54,791 nt of DNA, taken from IMG/VR virus record IMGVR_UViG_3300033148_005125, positions 1 through 54,791 of that record, one strand, 5' to 3'. Positions 23,101 through 29,100 of the stretch are shown in pieces. Every line of letters starts with the position of its first letter. Within the stretch, counting starts at the first letter, position 1. The DNA comes from a virus. Its lineage: Duplodnaviria; Caudoviricetes. The notes under the pieces are model-generated. The model did no database searches, had not been told where the DNA came from, and saw only the letters and a program-made list of their open reading frames with translations. A program made the translations under genes and the position numbers.

Positions 23101-26100
23101 AAAGAAAATTTAGCAATTGAGAAAAGCAGGTTGAAACTAAGAAAAGGTGTAGCTGGTTATCAAAAAGGTATCCCAGAAGGTTTAGATGATATAGATCTTG
23201 GCGTTCAAAAATTTTCTGATTTAACTGTAAAACAAAGAGCACTTATGGCAGGACCTGAATATGGTAAATCAGCTATTAGATTTAGAGAATTGGAAACTAG
23301 AAAGGGTGCTGGAGAAGAACAAGTTTACGGTATAGATAGAGCTTTAGTAGCATTAGAGAATATAAGACAAGTTTCTAAGGGGTTTGGTACTTCTTTAAGT
23401 CCTGAAGACATGAAAAAATATACTGAAATAATAGCTAAAACTGATGATACAGGTGCACAATCTATAGCGATAGAGACCAGTAAGGTTGTGGATAACACTG
23501 CTAGCACTGTTGATAGATTAGATCAAATTTTAGAAAATATGGGAGATGTTAGTGTATTAGAAAAACAATTAGAAAATATAGGTAAAATGTCTCCTAGTTC
23601 TATGGTTAGTATGATGGAGAAGGTAGCTAGAGTTAGGGAGAAGAAACTTGAAACTGGTGATAAGGAATCAGTTAGGGCCACTAATAAAACTTTAGATGTA
23701 TTGGTAAATAGTCTTGTTGAACAAGTAGGAATTAAAAAAGCTATGTCTATGGTTGATAATAGTTTTACATTATTTTCTAAGAGGTTTAAACCAGAAGAAT
23801 TTACACAAAGAGCTTTTGGTGGATTAGATTTTAAACAGTTTACAACCAGTATGAAAGAAAATTTACCAACCCAGAGATCATTTTTCAAAAGATTTTTAGG
23901 GATTGGTGAAAATATATCTGGATTTGATAAAGAAATAAAACCATTGGTTAAATTACAAGATAAAAATAATAAAGAACAATGGGTTAGTTCTAAAGAAATG
24001 ATTAAATTGTCTGCTGCCATGGCTGTTTGGTCTTCTTTTAATAAACACCAATCAAGTAGAGTTATAAAAGAATTAGAGGGCCAGAAAAAAGAGTATAAAG
24101 TTGGAAGTAAGGAAAGAGTAGCTATAGAAAAAGCTATAGAAAAAGAAAGAACAAGCGGTATAATGGAAGGGAGAGGTGGGGAAAATGTCTGGAAATTAGC
24201 ACAATCATTTTCTTTCTTAACAGGCACTGTTGGTATGTTTGCTAAAGAATTAGGTATGACTGAAAGACAAATAAAAACATTAGGTGGTGCTTCTGCTGGA
24301 TTATATGCTGGTTTAAAATTAGCTAGTAAAATTACTGGCGATAAATTACCAGAGTCTGCTAAAAAATTTGAAGCTAGTTTAAAAGAAGCAGCACTCACTG
24401 GTAAAAAAGGTCCTTTAATAACTGCTAGTGCTGAGTTAGCTAAAGATGCTAAAAAAATGTTTAAAAAAACTGGCGCTATCTCTGAAGAAGAGTATAAAAA
24501 AACAGCAACAGATAAGGATTTTAAACAGTTTAAAGACGCTCTGGATTCGGCAGTTACGAAACAAGGTGATATGTCTGATAAAGTTGGAGACTTTTTAAGT
24601 AAGGCTAGAAGTCCAAAGGTTGTAGATGAAAGATTTTTAACAAAAATATTAACTACTTATTTAGCAGCAACAGCTGCTGGATATGCTGCCCAAAGAACTG
24701 AAGATGAAACACGATTAGCCACACTTAATTCTCAAGCTGAAAAAGAAGCAAAATTATTCGTGGAGATTGTTGAAAAATACCCTAAAGCTGCACAAAAAAT
24801 GATAGATGCTAGAAAAGAATTAGTAGATAATATAGAAAAAGTAAAACCAGTTCCCACCACAGAGAAATCATTAGTGATGGATACTGAAAAAGAACGGGAA
24901 AAAATTGTTGGTGATCTATCTAAAATTAGAAAAGATATTATAAGTGAACATGAAAAAATGAATAGTGAGTTATCTAAAGTAGCTAAAGAAATGGCTAAAT
25001 TAGAAATAGCAGAAAAGTTTAAGATAGAATTAGAGGAAATGGAACGTGCTATTAAAGATATAGATATTGCTTCAGCCACTCAAAGAGTTTTAGAAACGAG
25101 TTTGTCTGGATTTACTGGCGGTTCTGTTTTTGGTGGTGGTACTATAAGACGTGATTTGGGAACCCAGTGGTCTGGTGATGTTTCTAATATGATAGAAGAT
25201 CGTTTTGAGGATATGTCAAACACACTTAGATTTCCTAAATCTGCTGGTAAGTTAGTTGGTAAATATAAACCCCAATCTGTAGATTATGGTATTAGAGGAA
25301 TAAGTGAAATGACGCCAGAACAGTATATGGTTCATACTGGAAAAAGAGTTGCTTATAAACCATCATTAGGTCAGTTTTTTGGACAAGAAGTTTCAGGGCC
25401 TCAGCGCGGAGAAATGGGAATTGTTACATTATTAAAAGATGTTCTCTCTGGAAAAACTTTAGGTATATCTAAAGTAAGAACTGCTGAAGACATGTTCAGC
25501 AATCTTGAAAATATGCAGAAAAAAAGAGAGGTAACAGAAGCTAAATTTATAGAACATATGTCTAGAAGAGAGGAGCTTAGAGGCAGAAAAGGGAAATTAT
25601 CTGAAACAGAAAGTGCCGAATTAGATAAACTTGATAATATTATAGAATCGCTTGGTGATGGTTTAGTTTCCATGGTAGAAGATATAGCTAAAGCTAAAGA
25701 TGCTTTGAAAACAAGTTTGGAGGAGGCTGCAGATGTTATAAGACAAAGAGTAACAGCTTTTGATGCTTTAAGAGATCTTAATGAATCTAATATAAATAGA
25801 ATGTACGGTAATACAGCTGTTGTGAATAGAGGTTTAGCTGGTTTTGGTGGTGGTTATGATCTACCAATGGGCAAGAGAGAAATGTCATTACAACAACGTA
25901 TTTTTACTGACGCAACTAGCGGTTTCAATGAAAGGACCAATGAGTATGCATATAAATTAAACACTTTAATTCCTAGTATGTCTCAAAATATATCAGAACT
26001 CACACAGATGAGAGAGGATGTACCGGTTGGTGACACTGACAGATATAATGAATTAACCAAACAAATAGAAAAGTCAAAAAGTGCTATGGATAAAATGATT

Positions 26101-29100
26101 GAGAGTACTAGATCTATGGGTGAGGCTCTATTTGTGGCTAATAAATTTGCTGAAGTGATGTATAAGTTCAAAGATGCTATTGAGGATATACAAATAAATG
26201 AAACTGTGGAAGGTTTATCAGGTTTTAAAGGTTTTAGAGAAAGCATGGATAAAGTTTTTGGTGGTGCCCACCCATTAGCCCCAGTACAGGTGTCCCCTGA
26301 AGAGGAACGAAGGGCTGCACAGGTTGGTATAGAACTTAAAGATTTACGTTCTACCCAATTTGATAAGATGGAAGCAGAATCTAGATATAAATTAAGGTAT
26401 GGTGGTCTAAAAGGTAAAGATTATAGAGAAGCAACACAACAATATTTAGACATACCAGAACTTAAAGCTAGAGCGGAAGAAGCTTATAAACAAAGACAAG
26501 AAGTGTCACAACTTCAAAGACAAGCGGCGCCTTTTGAAGAAATATTGAAAATGTTGCAACGTTTATCTGTATCTGAAACCATAACTCCTGAAAGAAGAGG
26601 AGAGGTAATAGCTATGAGGGATTCAATAGCTAATGCTATAGATGGTTTTGGGGATATAATGACTCAACAGCAAAAATTGGATGAGTTAGAAAAAAACAAA
26701 GGAATGTTTTCTAAGGAAGAGTATACACAAGTTAAAAAATCAATAGAAGAAGGAGCACCAGAACAATATAAAGGTTTACAAGCTTTCAGTCAAACTGGAC
26801 TTATGAAAGAATTTGGCGCTGAACTTCAAAAAATGATGCAAGTTACACCGAAACCAGATGATTTAGAAAATATTTTTGGTAAAAGTTTGGGTGATGTTAC
26901 TTCACGTCAAGATACGCAAATAAAAATATTAACTCAGATAGCTCAAAAAGGATTTGGTCTTTCTCCAGAAGACATGGGTATAGTTTCTCCAAAAGACATT
27001 GATAAATCAGGAGTGTTTGAAACTATAATAAGGACACTAAGAAGTGTTGGCAGTGTTTGGGATAAAAAGGCTGGTGGTGGTAGAATTTTTGGGGCTGGTG
27101 GTCCACGCGAAGATAAAGTTCCAGCTATGCTAAGTCCTGGTGAATATGTAGTAAGAGCAGCGTCTGCGCAGAAGTTAGGTTATGGAGCTCTTGAACATAT
27201 GAATCAAAAGGGAGAAGTTCCAGGATTTGCTGAAGGCGGCCGCGCAAAAAGATTTAAAATAGATCAACAGTTTGGCACTATAGAATATACTGCTTATGAA
27301 AAATCAGAAGTTAAAGAAGAAAAGAAAAAAGAAGAATTAGTTGCTAAAGAATTAATGAAAAAAACTAAAATAGGTAAAACACTTTCAGATAGACAAAAAA
27401 GGTTGAAAGAAGCTTTAGGTTATGCGGGTGGTGGTGCTGTTGAAACATTAAGATCTATGGGCATGTCAGAAGAAGATATTAAGAGAGAACTTGGTGGTCT
27501 TGAAGAACCACTGTTAGGTCCTGGTGATATCATAGGTATGGCCGCAGGAGTTGGTAAATTAGCATTAGGTTTAGGTAAAACTGTTGTCAAACAAATAGTT
27601 AAAAAACCTAAAACTTATGAAGAACTTCTCAAACCTGGAACTAAAGATGTGATTGATTTTATTAAGAATAGGTTAGCTGAACCAGGTGATTTAGTTACTG
27701 AGAGCAAAGCAGCAAGAGATGCGTTAAGTAGTGGAAGGGGCGATTTCCTAAGAAGGCAGGGATTACTTCCTTCTAAGAAATTTTCTAATATAAAGAAAGA
27801 ACTTCCTGAATTTACAGGTTTTGCGGACGGTGGTAAAGTTTCTTCTGAGGAAGTTTATGGTTTTATTAAGGAAGCCGGTAGAAAACATAATTTGGACCCA
27901 GAATTGTTGAGAAGAATGGTAGGGGTTGAAAGTGACTTTGATCCAAGAGCTGTGTCTAAAAAATCAGCTATAGGACTTGCACAAGTTTTATTATCAACTG
28001 CTCAAGGAATGGGTTATAAAGGTGATGCTGAAGGACTTAAAGATCCTCGTACAAGTATAATGTATGGAGCACAATATCTTAGACAAATGCTTGATAGATT
28101 TGGCAGCATTGAATTGGCTCTTGCAGCATATAATGCTGGTCCTTATGCAGTTGAAAAACATGGAGGAATCCCTCCATATAAGGAAACAAAAAAGCATATA
28201 CCTAAAGTTTTAAAAGGTTATAAAGGACCTGTTATTTTTCCAGAAGAAAGAAAAACAGGGGCTATGGGGGCACCTAAAAAACTAAAACCAGCAGCTGCTA
28301 CGACAGGGACTATGGGAGCACCTTCTAAAACTGGTAGAATGGGAAGAGGTTTAAATATACCTGTAAAAGACAAAGTTAGATATTTTACAGATGAGGGTGA
28401 AGTGGATAAAGAATTGTATGAAGCAACACTACATGGTGGTTCAGCACAACATAGGACTGATGGATATGAACCAATTTTGGAAGGTAAATCTGTAACTGGT
28501 TTTAAAAGAACTGGCACATGGGATGTAGAGGGTGAAAAGGAATGGGAGGGAAGACAATTAGTTGCTTTAGAGGAAAGATCTAAAAAAACAATAAAAGCTT
28601 TAAATGCTGGAGTTTATGATTATGATGTTGGTACACCTTTAATTGTTCCAGAGAAAAAAATTCAACTAGAAAAATGGGTAGATGATAAAGAATCAATGGA
28701 TTGGATAAATTCTGTGGTTGAAGCCAGACGTAAAGAAAGACAAGAAATAATTAAATCTTACCAATCTGGTGGTTTAATTACAGGAATAGATAAAGAGGAA
28801 GAAGAAAGATTATATAAAGGTTTTGGCCCAAGAATGTATGGTAGAGAAACATCTAAAAGAGTACAAGATACTTTTAGAACAGATGCTTTAGCTAAAGCAA
28901 AACAAAGAGTTAGTGAGGCTACAGCAGATACATTTGAACCTAAAATTGGTGAAACAAAGCGTATAACTCCAGGTAAGGCCAGTGATATAGAGTTTAGAGG
29001 GTATAAAATACCAACACCAATATCAAAAGCCGGTAAAGACCAAATATATGGTGGAACTATAACACCAGGTCCTAAAGTTAAAGGAGAACTATACGAGCTT

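Noticed and set aside
8160-28517. Numerous minus-strand ORFs (60-291 aa) inside the giant gene, and similar ones elsewhere
   Set aside because: Antisense shadows of a codon-biased + strand gene: Ser/Leu/Phe/Ile-rich, without SDs or motifs.
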